Notes: a model not told the origin generated them from the sequence alone. Shown: positions 36,625 through 50,220, counted from the stretch's first letter. The stretch is 64,000 bases of DNA from Vermamoeba vermiformis (GCA_045837725.1 JBEWZL010000216.1:248001-312000), one strand, 5' to 3'. Numbers and translations: made by a program.

Positions 36625-37761
36625 TTAACTGCTACTCTCATTACTCTTGTCTTGACTAGCACTACTATCGTTGCTACTACTGCTAGCCTCGGAAGCACTA
36701 GAACTGCGCGAGACCTTGTCAGATCCAGGTGCTTGCTCTTCACTCGAACTCGTTGTCTCTGAATCAGCAGGCTTTTCAACTTGTTCCAGCTTAATGTCAT
36801 TATTATTAGGTTGGCTCGACGTACTACTTTCACTGCTCTGTTCTTCAACAGCACGATCGTTCTTGTTGGATGTACCGTTTTGTCCGTTAGTCTGAATATT
36901 CCTCAGTGTTATCGCGACTTCCGCCTTTTGCAACTTCATTTCGTTTTCTGCTTCAGGACCGAACTGCGCGTTCTTCAATACGAGCTGATTAATTTCATCG
37001 TGTAGCGAGGCTTCATCTGCATCCGGCTTAGCAGGTTCTTCCATTTGTTCGCCATTGTCGGGTGGCAATTGACCGGTTGCTCTAAAGTCTTGTATGATCA
37101 TCCTCTTAATCTTGTATAAGAGCATGTTCTCGTTTTGTAGGTGCGAATACGAGGTCCAAAGATCGATGAAGATCAAGAGCACTGCAATGACGTCTAGCAG
37201 CATGCCAGCCCATAAAATGATGGTCGCAGGGTACGCTAGTGTAATGTTGTACGGTTTTAAGACGCTAAGCATTGTGGATATGACGAATAATAAGAAGGAA
37301 ATTAAGACCATGTAAGTTCCCGCTCGGATCATATGCAAATGTTTTTGAATCGTGCGCGTAGAGTATTCAAGATTGCGTACATACTATAATTAAAAAGTTT
37401 ATGAGAAATCAAGCGTTGATTCAAAAAAATTAGCCGATCAGCGCAAAGCTTAAATTCAGATCATTATTATACTTACTCGTTCATGTCTCTTTCGAATATT
37501 ATCTTTAATTTTAGTCTCTGGCGAGTTTAAATATGCTTTTTTCTGGGCTAAAGTTCCAATATTAGTGCCCCAGACTTCAGTAAGCAATGCTAGCCGTGCA
37601 TTAAATGCGCCCGTCAAGACTGCAGCGAATGCTACGAATACAATAGATGGTGGTGATAGTACCAATACTTGTTCTATCAATGGTAAAGCCGCTGAATTAT
37701 TGAAAAATTAGGATCTTGCAATACATCTATTTCAAATGCTGCGTCACGACTTACTGCTCAT
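36625..37761 (-). CDS. DUF2721-like membrane protein, paralog 2, with Ser-rich tail
   Basis: TM1 SPPSIVFVAFAAVLTGAFNAR, then linker, LHMIRAGTYMVLISFLLF, and IAVLLIFIDLWTSY. Confidence 0.6.
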
Positions 37762-37956
37762 CTCGGATAGTCGTAATAAATATTTTATTGTATTATGTGT
37801 GCATTGCTTTCTGAGTTAAAAATGAAGCAAAGCTAAACCTCAAAAAAATCTTTCGATCCAAAATTAGAAGTGTTCGCGAAGGTCAAAAGCGGGGCCAAAT
37901 TATTGATCGTCGTCAAGCCTAGACAATAAAACAACAATCAAGCAACAACGACGAAG

Positions 37957-38892
37957 ATGAACACAACGGCTGTTGACGATCCCGTTTTGTTGTGGTCTAA
38001 CGTGATTCCTGCCACTGCTACGCTATGACGTTTTGTTCCGTTGCATCACTCTTGGCATCTGTATTTTTGAATAGATGGGTCGCCCTTTCGGTAAGTTTTA
38101 TGCACCAAAATCGTCTAAATTATTTTTAAAATTGCTGGATCTTTTATTATTTAATATTTTTATTCAAAAACGAGCTTAAATGACTATTTTCGATTACATC
38201 TTGCGATCTGTAATTGATTTTATATTATTATGCCAGTTTTTTAATTCCTATTTATTCCGTATATTAATTTTGCGTGGCACAGATGACAGTTAGGCAGCTA
38301 GAAGCACGAAGACTAGAGATGGGCATTAATGTTGAAAAGCGTGACCCTAAAATGTACCAATTAGTCCAGATCCTTGAAAGCAGAACTGAACGTGGCTTCA
38401 AACAGATGCGTTTAACGAGAATCACTGTGGCTGCATTCAACGGCTCTATAATATTCTTTTTAAGTACGTATACTACTCTCATAATATACGCTATTTGTTC
38501 TAATTAGCTTCTCTCGTGCAGTTGCTTCCTTTATCAACGGACTACAGGCGCTGGATTTCACTACGGCAAGAGCAGTTCCAGCTCTGATGATAATAGGCGC
38601 AGCATTTTTAGTAGCTGGATTAAGCGTTGCCATTGCTGAGATAGTTAGAGCGGTTCCTAATCAATCAAAGAAGCTAGATGAAGTTTTGGAGTTTGAAAGA
38701 TCGCAAGCGCCGACTTATAATATCTTAGCGGCTATTGAAACTACTGCTCGACAGTCTAGTAGTGGTGCCTTGCATACTAAGCATTCAACGGTCTCGCATC
38801 ATCACAAACGGCATAAAGAAGCTTCAAAGGTGGATTTGAACCAAACCATCGAATTATTGGAAGACAAAGAGGACAGAAAGAAGAAACATTAA
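37957..38892 (+). CDS. DUF2721-like membrane protein, paralog 3; apparent frameshift at ~38020 (possible pseudogene or sequencing error)
   Basis: The ATG 37957 frame stops at TGA 38026-38028. The homologous TM1 continuation (AMTFCSVASLLASVFLNRW) is in another frame. Later exons are intact (MRLTRITVAAF, LSVAIAEIVRA). Confidence 0.55.
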
Positions 38893-39024
38893 GGGGGATT
38901 ATATATAAATATGCTATATTAGTTGTACATATAAATAAAGAAAAAAAATTGGTTCAAAAACAAAGTTTGCTTGTCCGATCGTATTTCGTCGACCTTCGAA
39001 TTAAAGCACCACAAGTCTAACAAT

Positions 39025-41017
39025 ATGAGTGGATTAGTACAAGATTTTCAAGTCGTTATTCTTCCTGGTGGCAAAGGAAGACGGATGCATCCGCTGACTG
39101 AAGAAGTGACGAAGGGATTGTTGCCAGTAGCTAACAGAGCATTAATTTCTTATCCTTTGGAATTATTGGAACGCGCAGGCTTCCGAGGTACTATAATAAG
39201 CTATTTAGATAAATAGATTCGGGTTGAAAAAACAAGATGCGCTTCAAAATACTCCCTTTAAATTACAAAATTACCCATAATTCCTAATATTATTCGGCAA
39301 TATTATATATTAATTTTGCACGAGGAATTAGGCCTCTGTTTAATTTTTGATTTATTCAAATGTCGGATCTTCTCAATTAACAATTATTTTTAGATGTTAT
39401 TGTTGTTGCTCGTGAAAGCAGATCAGATAAAGTCAAACACTATATTTCAGACATTTACAAAGGCAAACTCAACTTGGATCTGTCCGTAGTTCCTGACTAC
39501 ATGTCTGGCTGCGAAATATTGCTTCATATTAAAGACAAAATCAAGGTAATTATTAATTTTAATAATTTATGCAATTATATTCCTTATTAAGGGCTAATTT
39601 TGCAATTAGAATGATTTTATTACGTTGCCTGAAGATTTAATTGCTGAAGAAGCCTTCGTACATTTGATGGCCGACAATCATCGTTCAAAAGGTGAGTATA
39701 GGACCTATATTATTATATACGACCCACTTCTTATTAATTTGCTCGAAGACGCCGTCGTCTCTGTATTATTGAAAGAAAAGCTCGTGACAAAAGAAAAGGA
39801 ATCTGGCGCCCCCGTTGAAAACACACGTGATTGCGTGGGCATTGACCACACTAAGCAGCGATTGGTCCATTTCAACAGCTATTCAGTGAACGACGAAGAC
39901 AGCATCAAAGTGTCCAAAGCCCTGTTACGAAAGTACGTCAATACTATAACCGTATAATTATATAGTTAAGGCTTATTTAACCTATTTTATAGGTTCCCTA
40001 ATATGACGTTGTTCAATAACTTTGTGGATCCGCATTTCTACATCTTTGCTCATTGGGCGTTAGATGTATTGGAAAAACAAAAAGACAACATGTCCTCGAT
40101 CAAATCAGATCTGATTCCTTATTTAATTCGATGCCAATACAGATCCGCTCTTACTAAAGGTACGAAATTTCATTTTTTGATCCGTTCACAAAACAGATCT
40201 AATGCCGCGTTAGATTTGAATATTCCCGAGCGCCAATCCGAGTCTAAGTCAATGACCTTGGCTGAATCAGATATCAACGATCGAATTCGTTGCTTGGTCC
40301 ATATTTTGCCAGCTGAAGGTGCTGGATCTCAGTACTGCGCACGTGCCAACAATTTGATCAACTACATGGAAGTCAACCGCGATGTAAGTCCACTAATATT
40401 GCTTATAGTATTTAATATCTAACGTCATTTAAATGATTAGATTGCCACCGGTCAAAAAGCATTCGTGCCCGTGGAGCCTGAGAACAAAAAAGCATACATT
40501 GCGACCACCGCTAAAATCGATCCTAAGACACAGGTAGGTTTTAGCTTTAAGTTCAATAGTATCTATAGGTGTATTAATAGTGTCGGGTAGGTTGGTACTG
40601 AATCGGTTGTGGGTGATAATACTGTTATTGGAGCCAAGGCCGGTATCAAAAAGTCGGTCATCGGCAAGAACTGCAATATCGCTGCGAACGTCAAGATTAT
40701 TAACTGCGTCATTATGGATAACGTAACTATTAAAGAAGGGTATGTTATATACAAGTTGTAATATTATAGGCAAGACTAACATTTTTTTTCAGCGCCAAGA
40801 TCCAAAACTGTATTATTTGCAATGGCGCGCAAGTCGGTGAAAATGCTAGCATCGTAGACTCGCAAGTTGGTGCTAATTATATTGTCCCCAACAAGTGTAA
40901 GTATATTATGATAATATTGTATGAATAGATGCTCATAGTATTACAGATAACGGCAAGAAAGAAGCGCTTACGAAGAGATCCGATCGAAAGGGCCATGAGA
41001 GCGATGACGACGATTAA
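39025..41017 (+). CDS. EIF2B3: translation initiation factor eIF2B gamma subunit
   Basis: FQVVILPGGKGRRMHPL...LLPVANRALISYPLELLERAGF, DPHFYIF, SSIKSDLIPYLIRCQY, and a C-terminal hexapeptide left-handed beta-helix (KKSVIGKNCNI, INCVIMDNVTI). Confidence 0.92.
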
Positions 41018-41054
41018 TACTTAATACGGAACAAAAATGTTATAAATAAAGCAG

Positions 41055-41298
41055 TTTAATTGCTATTGGGCTCATCCTGAACTGTTTATTTCATATTGCG
41101 AGCCTTACTACGAACCGTCAGCAGAGGAGATCGAGGCTCAAAGAAGAGCCATGGAAGAGCAACAGGAGCGCGAAATCGTATTTCAATTTAAGTTCTTTCA
41201 ATCAATTGCTCGTATTGAAGGAGAAGGCGGTAAGTGTTGAAACGTATTCGCATTTATTTTGGTAGACGACGATTCAAAAATTGATTTTTTCGATTAGG
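41055..41298 (+). pseudogene. start-less remnant homologous to exon 1 of the neighbouring dikinase gene, inverted orientation
   Basis: YYEPSAEEIEAQRRAMEEQQERE...FQSIARIEGEG|gtaagt compares with YDYEPSPQDIEAQQRYLEEQKERE...FKSLARAEPESG|gtacgg at 43562-43736. No in-frame ATG upstream of the homologous segment. Confidence 0.6.
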
Positions 41299-41315
41299 CG
41301 ATCTATGCTAGTTAA

Positions 41316-43736
41316 CTAATAGATAGTTGCAGTCGTTAAGTACACTTTGCGAATGTTGTGATCTGCAAAGTACGGATTGGCCATGGCGAACACTCTTAAC
41401 TCCTGATCCAGCTTATCAGTGGCCACGACATTAATAGTGTAAGGACGGGCTTGAAGCACGACGATGTCCCGCTTTCTGGGCTCTTTGTTGCTGCCAACAA
41501 CCATGAACTCAATGTCGAGTGCCACTGTGTCATCGAGCTTGTGTGGCTTGTTGAGCATTGATGTGTGAAGTGAGCCAAACACCGACACCATCTTCTCGGC
41601 GTCTTCTTGCAACACCAGCGAGTACTGCTGTCCTGTCGCCGTTGACTTGAGTTGGACGTCAACAGAATTTGCGGATCGACCTAACAGTAATACAGTCTGC
41701 TCCGGGATCTTATCTTTGTAGTAATTAGTGGCCCGGAGTGAATGTCCTGGATAGCTGCAAATGATATATATTGATTAGCGATACATCCACGAGCTAATCG
41801 CTTTGACATACCAACTGACGGTGAACCCGTGCTTGACCTCGTGATGATAAATGTCGTGAGTGATGCACACGCCGTTGTAGTGCACTTTAACATTCTTCAT
41901 GTGCTCGTCGATGAAGGGCTGTACTATGACCGCCATCTTGACTTCACTGTGCGGTATCTTGTAGTGATCTCGCTCTTTCACAGCTCTGTGAGCATCATCA
42001 GAATTTGTTACATTACAAAGCTATTCGCGACTTACTTCACGTTCCAGACACTCGCCCACACTTTCTTAATGGCAGCACCTACTTGTTGAGCATCGTGCAA
42101 ACTTTTGCCAAACAACGGAACAGACTCGTACAATCCAGCACCGTTGAATCCTGTCAAGTCTTCAGCATTCGTTGAGCTTCTGAAGATGACAGATGTCATG
42201 TTGTGCTGTTTGACCTTCTCGATCACGCTCTGAACAAGCTCATCGTCAGCTTGCTCTTTTTGGATTGTCTCTTGGAATCGAATAAATCCGTTGATATGGA
42301 CATCTGTATAGTGAGGGTTCTCCTTGCTCAGTTGCGGCAGCTTTGATACAGCGTTGGAGACCACTGTGTTTTGATAAACGTGCTTGTTGTAGTGGTGAAA
42401 CGGAATGACAAAAGTTCCTTTGAAGATTGGTTGATGGCATATCGACTCAACATGTGCAAGCTGCGCTGCTTTGGCACCAACAACGTGAATATCTTTTGCG
42501 TGCTCTTTGTCTTCGTGGATGTCGATCAAGTTGGTCACAGACGTGTTTGCCTGTGGAACGTCCACGTGCGGTGTTTCTTCTGATGTGGAACTCGCTGAGA
42601 TTTCGCCGTCCAAGAAGAACCCTGTCGTCGTTATCACGCCATTTGCTAAGGTGCTAGGGGTACTTGGGAAATGACCCGACGCCATCAACTTAAGACAGTC
42701 TTTGACGAAGCAGCACGGCGTCTTTCTGTTTTGACACAACAACGCCACGTGACACAACGGCGGAATAATCTCACCGCAGATCACGCCACCAACAACGGGG
42801 ATGTCATTTGGCACTGATGGAATAACCACGAGATCATTGGCCGTTCGTTGCAACAACCACTTGTTCAAATCGCTTTCGGTGTACGATGGCTTGTCGAATA
42901 TGCACACATTCTTCTGCGAAATTTCACCAGCTTGAATCAGCTTGTAATTGATGCCTTGAAACAGCATCTCGGATGTCATGACGCTAAAACTGAGATTCAC
43001 GCCCTTGACCGCCGATAGTTGTGCTGGCGATGTCGGATGGAAATAGAGTGCTTCGTACTCGTAATCGAAGTTGCTCCTGACCTGGAAAAAAAATTGTTCG
43101 ACGAAATCGAGATCCGTCATTGGATCCGCTGGGTTGAGCTCAAGACAGAGGTATCTATGATTATCAGGTGCGGGATACGATACGATTGTCGCAAACATCA
43201 TCGATCGGTCTTTGCCAGTGTAAACTTGCTCGTTGAATTCTTGCAAAGTCCTGTGAATTCAACGGTTTAGAATTCTACATCCGCGAGCGGAAAATTACGA
43301 TTGCTTACCTCGTCTCGCCCAAGTTACTCACACAATATGGGTAGTGGAATGGCCATACATTGGTATCCATCCAATGCAGCACACCAGTCTTATCACGAAG
43401 AAGTTTGACTCCCAAAGCTGGATGCGTAAGGCTTAGAAATTTAATTTCGAAACCATTGCATAGCTTAGTATATTATTATTGTTTTAGGATGTTCATGCGA
43501 TGATTTAAAAATTAATTATTATGAAAATTTAAATTATTTGCGTGTCGGTTTAAATCCGTACCTCCACTTTCGGGTTCTGCACGTGCCAACGATTTAAATT
43601 GAGCCGATGATAAGATCGCAACCTTCTCTCGTTCTTTTTGCTCTTCCAGGTATCTTTGTTGAGCTTCAATATCTTGAGGGCTTGGCTCGTAGTCGTAGTA
43701 GCAATATAAACCGTAAATCGCTGCTAACTTCGACAT
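41316..43736 (-). CDS. bacterial-type PEP/pyruvate-binding (PPDK_N ATP-grasp) dikinase-like protein with upstream phospho-His module (multi-exon)
   Basis: VGAKAAQLA, FVIPFHHY, FRSSTNAEDLTGFNGAGLYESV, AIKKVWASVWN, MAVIVQ, DIEF, VLQARPY. The upstream segment PNDIPVVGGVICGEIIPPLCHVALLCQNRKTP resembles a His-swivel. Confidence 0.85.
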
Positions 43737-44137
43737 TGTGGTGTTCTAATTATTAGTTGTATTAAATAATTTTTTGCGCTTGTCGGCAATTCCTAAATTA
43801 AAAATAGAATTCAAGTTTTTTTGTCGCCCAGGCGCACGAAAAACACGCTTTTCCGTGCATGGAAGGAGGGAGAAACTTTTACCAATTTATTCGCATTATA
43901 ATGTTAGGAGTAGTGAATCGGTCTAAAACTCCTTGGATCTCGCTTTCTCCTCCATTTTGCTGGGCGACAAACTATTCTACGCTCCTCGGGAGAAGGCTTT
44001 TCGGTCTAGGGTTGATTGCTTCCCTCGCCAGGGCTCGGGAATGCAATAACAAGCCCTCGACGGAAAAGCGGACTTTTCCTCCCTTGGTGCGTAAATAACT
44101 ATTTTCAATTCGTTGAACAACAATACACCACAATTCG

Positions 44138-45683
44138 ATGCGATTCTTTACAGTGGTTATTATTTGTATACTTTGCGTGGTAGCAGCCAACGGAGAGATT
44201 CCGGGGTAAGTTAACCTTGTAAATAATTACTTTTACATCCAATCCTAAATGTTATATACCAAGCTTTCTGGTTCCACCATGCACAGAGCAATTTTCTACG
44301 CCCTTAAATTCTTTTGGAATGACTATCGGGGCGAATGCCGATGCAGTAGCTCATTTTATAAATGATGGGACGGTATCTCAAATCCGCCGCCGAGATTCAA
44401 CAGGATTTTACCCAGTATTCAGCAATATTACGGTCTCTGCCTACGTTACCAGTAATGGAGAAACTGCAGTAGTAATTCGGAGTCAATCGGCGTTTTGGGA
44501 TTTGGATGCCAACGGAAACGTAATTAAGTCTCAAGAGACTACTTATCTTGGCGACTATGGTATATTTCTATCATCTACGAGGTGTAATTTGGTTGAAAAA
44601 TCATGGATGAGTCTGAACTTGCAAGTTTCAACTTATGATTTTAATGCTGATAACCAAACTTGGGTGCAGATCGCCTTAACGACCTTCCCTAAATATGATT
44701 ATTTTGGAATATATAGACACAACATCATCACCGACAAATATTTGCTGGCAAAGACCACAAACTCTGTAGTGGCTGTCGTAATTTTTGAACAATTGGCAAA
44801 TCTGACTTGGATTCAAAAAGAACTGCTCGAAGTTGATTACTCTTATCTTAGTGGTTATCATGCCCTTGGATACAACGGAGACGACGTTATTGTCACTTCA
44901 TTATACGAACAAGTATCGGACTATCAAATTGGCCGGTTTGTTATTTACACCAAGTCAAATAACGCATGGCAGCCAACACAAAATTTCAGCGTGACAGACC
45001 TTCCCGGCATGACTGGCCCTGGCAATGCTGGCAGTTCACTTTACTTTGTCAATCCAAAAACATTTTTATGGGGTGTGCCGCAAGAGCGAAACGAGACTGA
45101 CAACGCCGTGCCGACTGGAAAAGTCTTGGTTTTTTCACGCAGAGATAATGGCACGTGGTATTTGAGCAGTTACTTGCACAGTGACGTGAACGTTGCTTTT
45201 GGGATTGGTATAGCTGCAAATGACTACGACGTTGTGATTGGTGGATTCACTATTGGTCCTCCTCCCTATTATGGAAATTTCTTTGCAGTGTCAAAATGTT
45301 ACTTTGATTTGACTGCGAATGTGTCGTGCATGGTGAATCAGATTAACTACGATGGTCTTTGCAACTCTGACACTCCGATTGACATCAACTCTGTATACAC
45401 AGTGTATGATCATACTTCCGCGTGTGGCAGCATCAACGCTACTTTAGAGTCGTTCAGTGTCGTCAGTGAGACGCAAGTCAGTGCCGTCGTGCAAGTGAGC
45501 AAGAATAATGTGCCTGTTGCCAATTGTCCAGTGGTTGTCACGTGCCCTCAACCACCAGCACCACCAGTGACAGTGCCTCAAACACCTGTCGGGGCTCCGG
45601 TCAGATCAAAACCGACTTCTACTGCATCTCAGATCGGCGGTCTCTCCGTTCTCTTTTTCCTTGTTCTTTTTATGTTACTTTAA
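44138..45683 (+). CDS. secreted/cell-surface protein with FG-GAP-like beta-propeller repeats, Cys-rich segment, Pro/Thr stalk and probable GPI signal
   Basis: Signal peptide MRFFTVVIICILCVVAANG, one intron. Repeats AGSSLYF...LWGVP...GKVLVF and FGIGIAANDYDVVIGG. Hydrophobic C-terminus. Confidence 0.7.
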
Positions 45684-45809
45684 GCAACACCTTTTACGGT
45701 AAATAAATTAGTTTATTTGTTCAGTCTTGCGTTCAAGTTTTCATCGTTAAAAGAGATCAGATCTTTTTCCGTTGAATTATTCCAACACAAATCAACGAAG
45801 TGCAACGCC

Positions 45810-46920
45810 ATGGCTGACGACGATTTAATGCCCAAAACAAACGAGGAGTATTCAACAAAAGAGTATTGGGATTGGCGCTACGAGCGGTAAGTCAAATCCA
45901 ACTAACGATCGCACGTCAGTTGATCATGCTTTGCGCAAATGAATTAATAATATTTTATTCAAAGTGATAATGGATCGTATGAATGGTTTAAAGGCTATAA
46001 AGCATTTCAACACATTATTAAAAAATATTTTAAATCCGGTGATCGACTCTTGAATGTTGGCTGCGGTAATTCAGGTACTATTAATTATGGCAATAATTCA
46101 GGTATTTATTTTAATGCATGACACTAATTTGTTTATCGCGATCGATTAGATCTGAGTGCCGAAATTTATGACGACAATGAAGGATTAAATATTGTTAATA
46201 TCGATTACTCCGATGTGTGCATTCAAAAAATGGCTGAAAAGAATAAGGATCGAACGAATATGCAATGTAGGTAGACCGAACCATCGCTGCTCGATCGCGA
46301 TCTGATTTGCTTTTTCTTTAATAGGGATTACAATGGATATGTTCGATATGAAGGCATTCGAAGATGCATCTTTTGATATTGTGTTGGATAAAGGAACTAT
46401 GGATGCAATTTTGGTACGCAGATCTTGTTTCTTACGCAATATGACCATCATACGCATAATAATATGAATCTCATGTTGTTTCATATAGACAGTTCAAAAG
46501 TCACCGTGGCGATTAGAACCAGAGCTTGAAGAGAAAATCACTAAGCTAGTCAACGAGTGTTACAGGTAACGAATCCATTCGTAACGCACCTAAATAAGAA
46601 AAAAAGCCTATAAATCACTTCATTATTGATGATTATAGTGTTCATTTAATATAATTCGGCTAACTAACGATATGATTGCCTAGAGTATGCAAGCCAGGCG
46701 GGTACTTCATTCAAATTACCTTCGGTCAGCCGCACTTCAGAAAGCCAATGTTGTTGCGCGAAGGACTCAAATGGGAAGTGACTACTGAGACCTTTGGTAA
46801 GCATCGATTGATTGGTTGATTGGTTGGAGATAAATGATCCGAACGTACTAACCCGATTTATTTCTCGTAGGTGATGGATTTCCTTATTTCGTATATATCT
46901 TCCATAAATCAGCCGAATAA
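45810..46920 (+). CDS. EEF1AKMT4: EEF1A lysine methyltransferase 4-like (class I SAM methyltransferase), multi-exon
   Basis: YSTKEYWDWRY, YEWF, LNVGCGNS, NIDYSDVCI, FDIVLDKGTMDAI, ITFGQPHFRK. Confidence 0.88.
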
Positions 46921-47158
46921 AATAATTCTCGGAATAAATAGTGCTATTTTATTGGAGCAAGTCAGATCTACCGAAACCCGTCCTTTGATTATCGACGGTT
47001 TCGATTTCTTGGCGTTCTATACCCTATATGGTAACACATACTTAATATAGTAGGTTAGTATGGTGATATTAAAGGGGACCGAAAGTCTTCGCGTACGGTA
47101 AAAGCAAGTTGCCAGGAGCAAAATTATTTCTTTTTCATTTTTTTGTAAAGAGCGCAAC

Positions 47159-48252
47159 ATGGCTGACGATAGAAGAGTGACCTCCTTAGAGAACGTAGGA
47201 GTTGAAGATATTTTGACTCAGATGAACAAGCTCCAGCTTGGAGCGAACGAGATCTTACGTTCGTTGCGCGCCAAAGTTGAATCCGTCAAGGAAGAAAACG
47301 GAGAGGTCAAAAAGTCTATTGTATCAGCCCCAATTGATGATAATGAACGCGAAAGAGCATCACAGTTAATAGAACAGACATTCTTTTACTTCCAGCTATT
47401 TCAACGAAAGATGCGATCGCAGGTACTTAATTTTTTAAAAATAGCCACAATTATTATAATTTTAGATTACTATTAATTCATATATTCGAAATTATATGCC
47501 ATGATTTAAAATGCTCCGCTCCGTAATTGGCAATAATAAAGATTTTGATAAAATATTTAGATTATTCTAGAACACGTCACTTATAATTTTTAATATTAAA
47601 ATTATTATAGATCGTTGGTTTAGAAGAGGAAGTTAATGAAATCCGAGAACGAGAGCTTGAATGGAAAAAATTAGCGGATCTATTTGCCGAGTACAAAGAG
47701 AAAATGACTGAAGAGGTCGAAGGCTTAAGAAAAATTATCCGAGAATATAAATCAAGTAAAATGGAAATGCAAGAAGTCTTAGTAAAGGTACGAATGGAAC
47801 CACTTGCCAACAATGGAAAATTCTTTTTAAAGACTAGATCTATCCGTATCTAGCATCTCTAAGACGCCTCTTTTACGTATTAGAGTATTGTAATTATTGC
47901 ACTTTTCGTATTAATTAACCGGTGCGAGATAAATTTTCTGGGATCCCGATCTAATCCGATCTTATTTAGAGCGAAAGCGAAAACAGAGAGTTGCGCGACA
48001 ACTTAAATATTTGCAAAGATGTAATTATTAGAATGCACGCTAATCACCGCAGAAGGGCTAACTTGGAACGGTAAGTAGGCTCGATCGGGCTGATCTGCTC
48101 TTTCTTTACGCGCCAATTCGAAGAAAAATAGTTTGTATTATTCTATTTAGCGATATTAATGTATATGTATTCATAGGATTAAGAAGGAAATCGAAGACGA
48201 TGAAAATAAGATTGCTCAAGTTTTGGCAGATCTGAAGTTCGATAACGTGTAA
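47159..48252 (+). CDS. coiled-coil hypothetical protein (4 exons)
   Basis: In-frame exons rich in E/K/L heptads, ending LADLKFDNV*. Confidence 0.65.
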
Positions 48253-48380
48253 ATGAAATTCTATTTTGTTTGATATATTCGCGACTATTTTTGTAACTTA
48301 AGCGTTGCATCCAAGCTATAAATAAATAAACAACAATTTCAACTAAACAATCGTTATTTGATTCAAAATCGCAACACAGC

Positions 48381-50220
48381 ATGAGTACTGCGTCAATTCT
48401 TGAGCTTCCAAATGAGTTAATAGAACTCATATTCGCAAAATTAGCTATTAGAGATGTATTCAGGTACCTACAAGATGCTGATAATAGAGATCCCGCTTCT
48501 TTTTTTAATCTACTCTTCCGATTTTGCTGTTAAAATAGAAATTTTGCTGCAATGTACGTCGAAGATAGTTTTAGTATATAGTGGCTCATATTAATATAGT
48601 GCAGCAATTAATTATTAATTAATATTAATCTCGTGTTAATTTTAATTCCTGTTGCAATAGGACGCAGAGAACGTGCAAGAAATGGAAGACATTAATATGG
48701 TCGAGTCAAGTTGATATAATTTTTCCTTATTATTCGACCCAACGTCAAAGGCGGGAATCTGTCTGCTCGGCCATCCACAGCATACTAACCAGCGTCAATC
48801 CAGTCAAAATTCAAAAATTAGATTTATCGACTCCTGATTATATATTAAACGAGCAAGATATTGCGGGATTAAAGAAAATGAAAGTATTGCGACATCTGAC
48901 GATAGATTTTCATGATATGACGCAGGAAAGCTGTTCTTTCATATCGTGCTTAGTAAATTTGCAGCATTTAGCCCTAAACACAAAGCCTATTCAAGAATGC
49001 ATTGACAGTGTCGGATCTGCTGCTCTGCCTCATCTGACCTCTTTGGCGATAATTGCGCTTCCTCTATACGGTAGGATTAATATAATACATAATAGTACAT
49101 CATTATATTAACATTTTCTCTTTTTTAGATGTATTACCGTTACGAAATCTGACTCGTCTTCGCGCGCTAGATCTGCGATTTTGTAAACTGTTGAGAGATG
49201 ACTATGTGAGCGATGTATTTACTAGTCTGACACAGCTAGACACCCTTGACATATCACGTGTTATGGATATGACATCTATAGCCTTTGAAAGTATATCGTG
49301 CTTGACAAACTTGACGGATCTGTCGATGTCGTTCTTGCCCTATCCAAACACTAAAGACGAAACAATAATACTGAACAAAGTATTATCATCACTATCGAAG
49401 CTAAAGTCACTTGATATGAACTCTGTAGTATGCTATAACAACGAAACAATTAAGATTATCAGCAACATGTCAGATCTAACTCGTCTCGCGATCTACTTTG
49501 AAATTTTCAGACCCGCTGAAGCATTATCTAAACTCACTAATATGCAGCACCTTCATCTTTCATATGCTTCGGATAAACGCAGGCCCGACACATTTTACAC
49601 CGTGATGACCAACTTGACCTCGTTGACATTACGAATGTCAGTATCAGAATTCAGCAATTTACAGCACTTGACGCAACTGAAATGTTTTGTAATGAATGGC
49701 AAGGACCAGATTGATAGCAGTATTTATCCATATCTCCAGCAAATGACACGATTGGAGCAACTCGACTTTCAGTACTCGACCTTTACAGCCATGCAGCTCG
49801 GTTGCTTGTCATCTTTGCTGTTCTTGACGTCGTTAAATGTCAGAAATATCTCGTATCTGAAACGAGATACTAACGGTAAGCTTGATTATTGGCGTGCATT
49901 GGATCTGACATTTTTGAACTTCAGATGTGATCAGTTCACTCACGCAGTTAACAAATCTTCGCACGTTATATACTCTATCTGATTGGAGCACGTCTTGGCT
50001 GCTCAAATTTCCTTATTTGGAATCTTTAGAAGTTCAACTTCCGCGCAATATCTCAGTGGATTTGGACGGACCTACCACGCTACTGACACCACTCTTAAGC
50101 ATAACTAAGTTGTATAATCTGCGAGTAGATTATACGCCGTGCTCAGCGGAGAAAGTTGGCGAGTTATTCCACGAACAACGGAACTTGACTTCACTGTGCG
50201 TGAACGGCTTGTTCATCTAA
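48381..50220 (+). CDS. F-box + LRR protein
   Basis: MSTASILELPNELIELIFAKLAIRDVFR|TQRTCKKWK, followed by LTxLxxLDL repeats. Confidence 0.88.
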
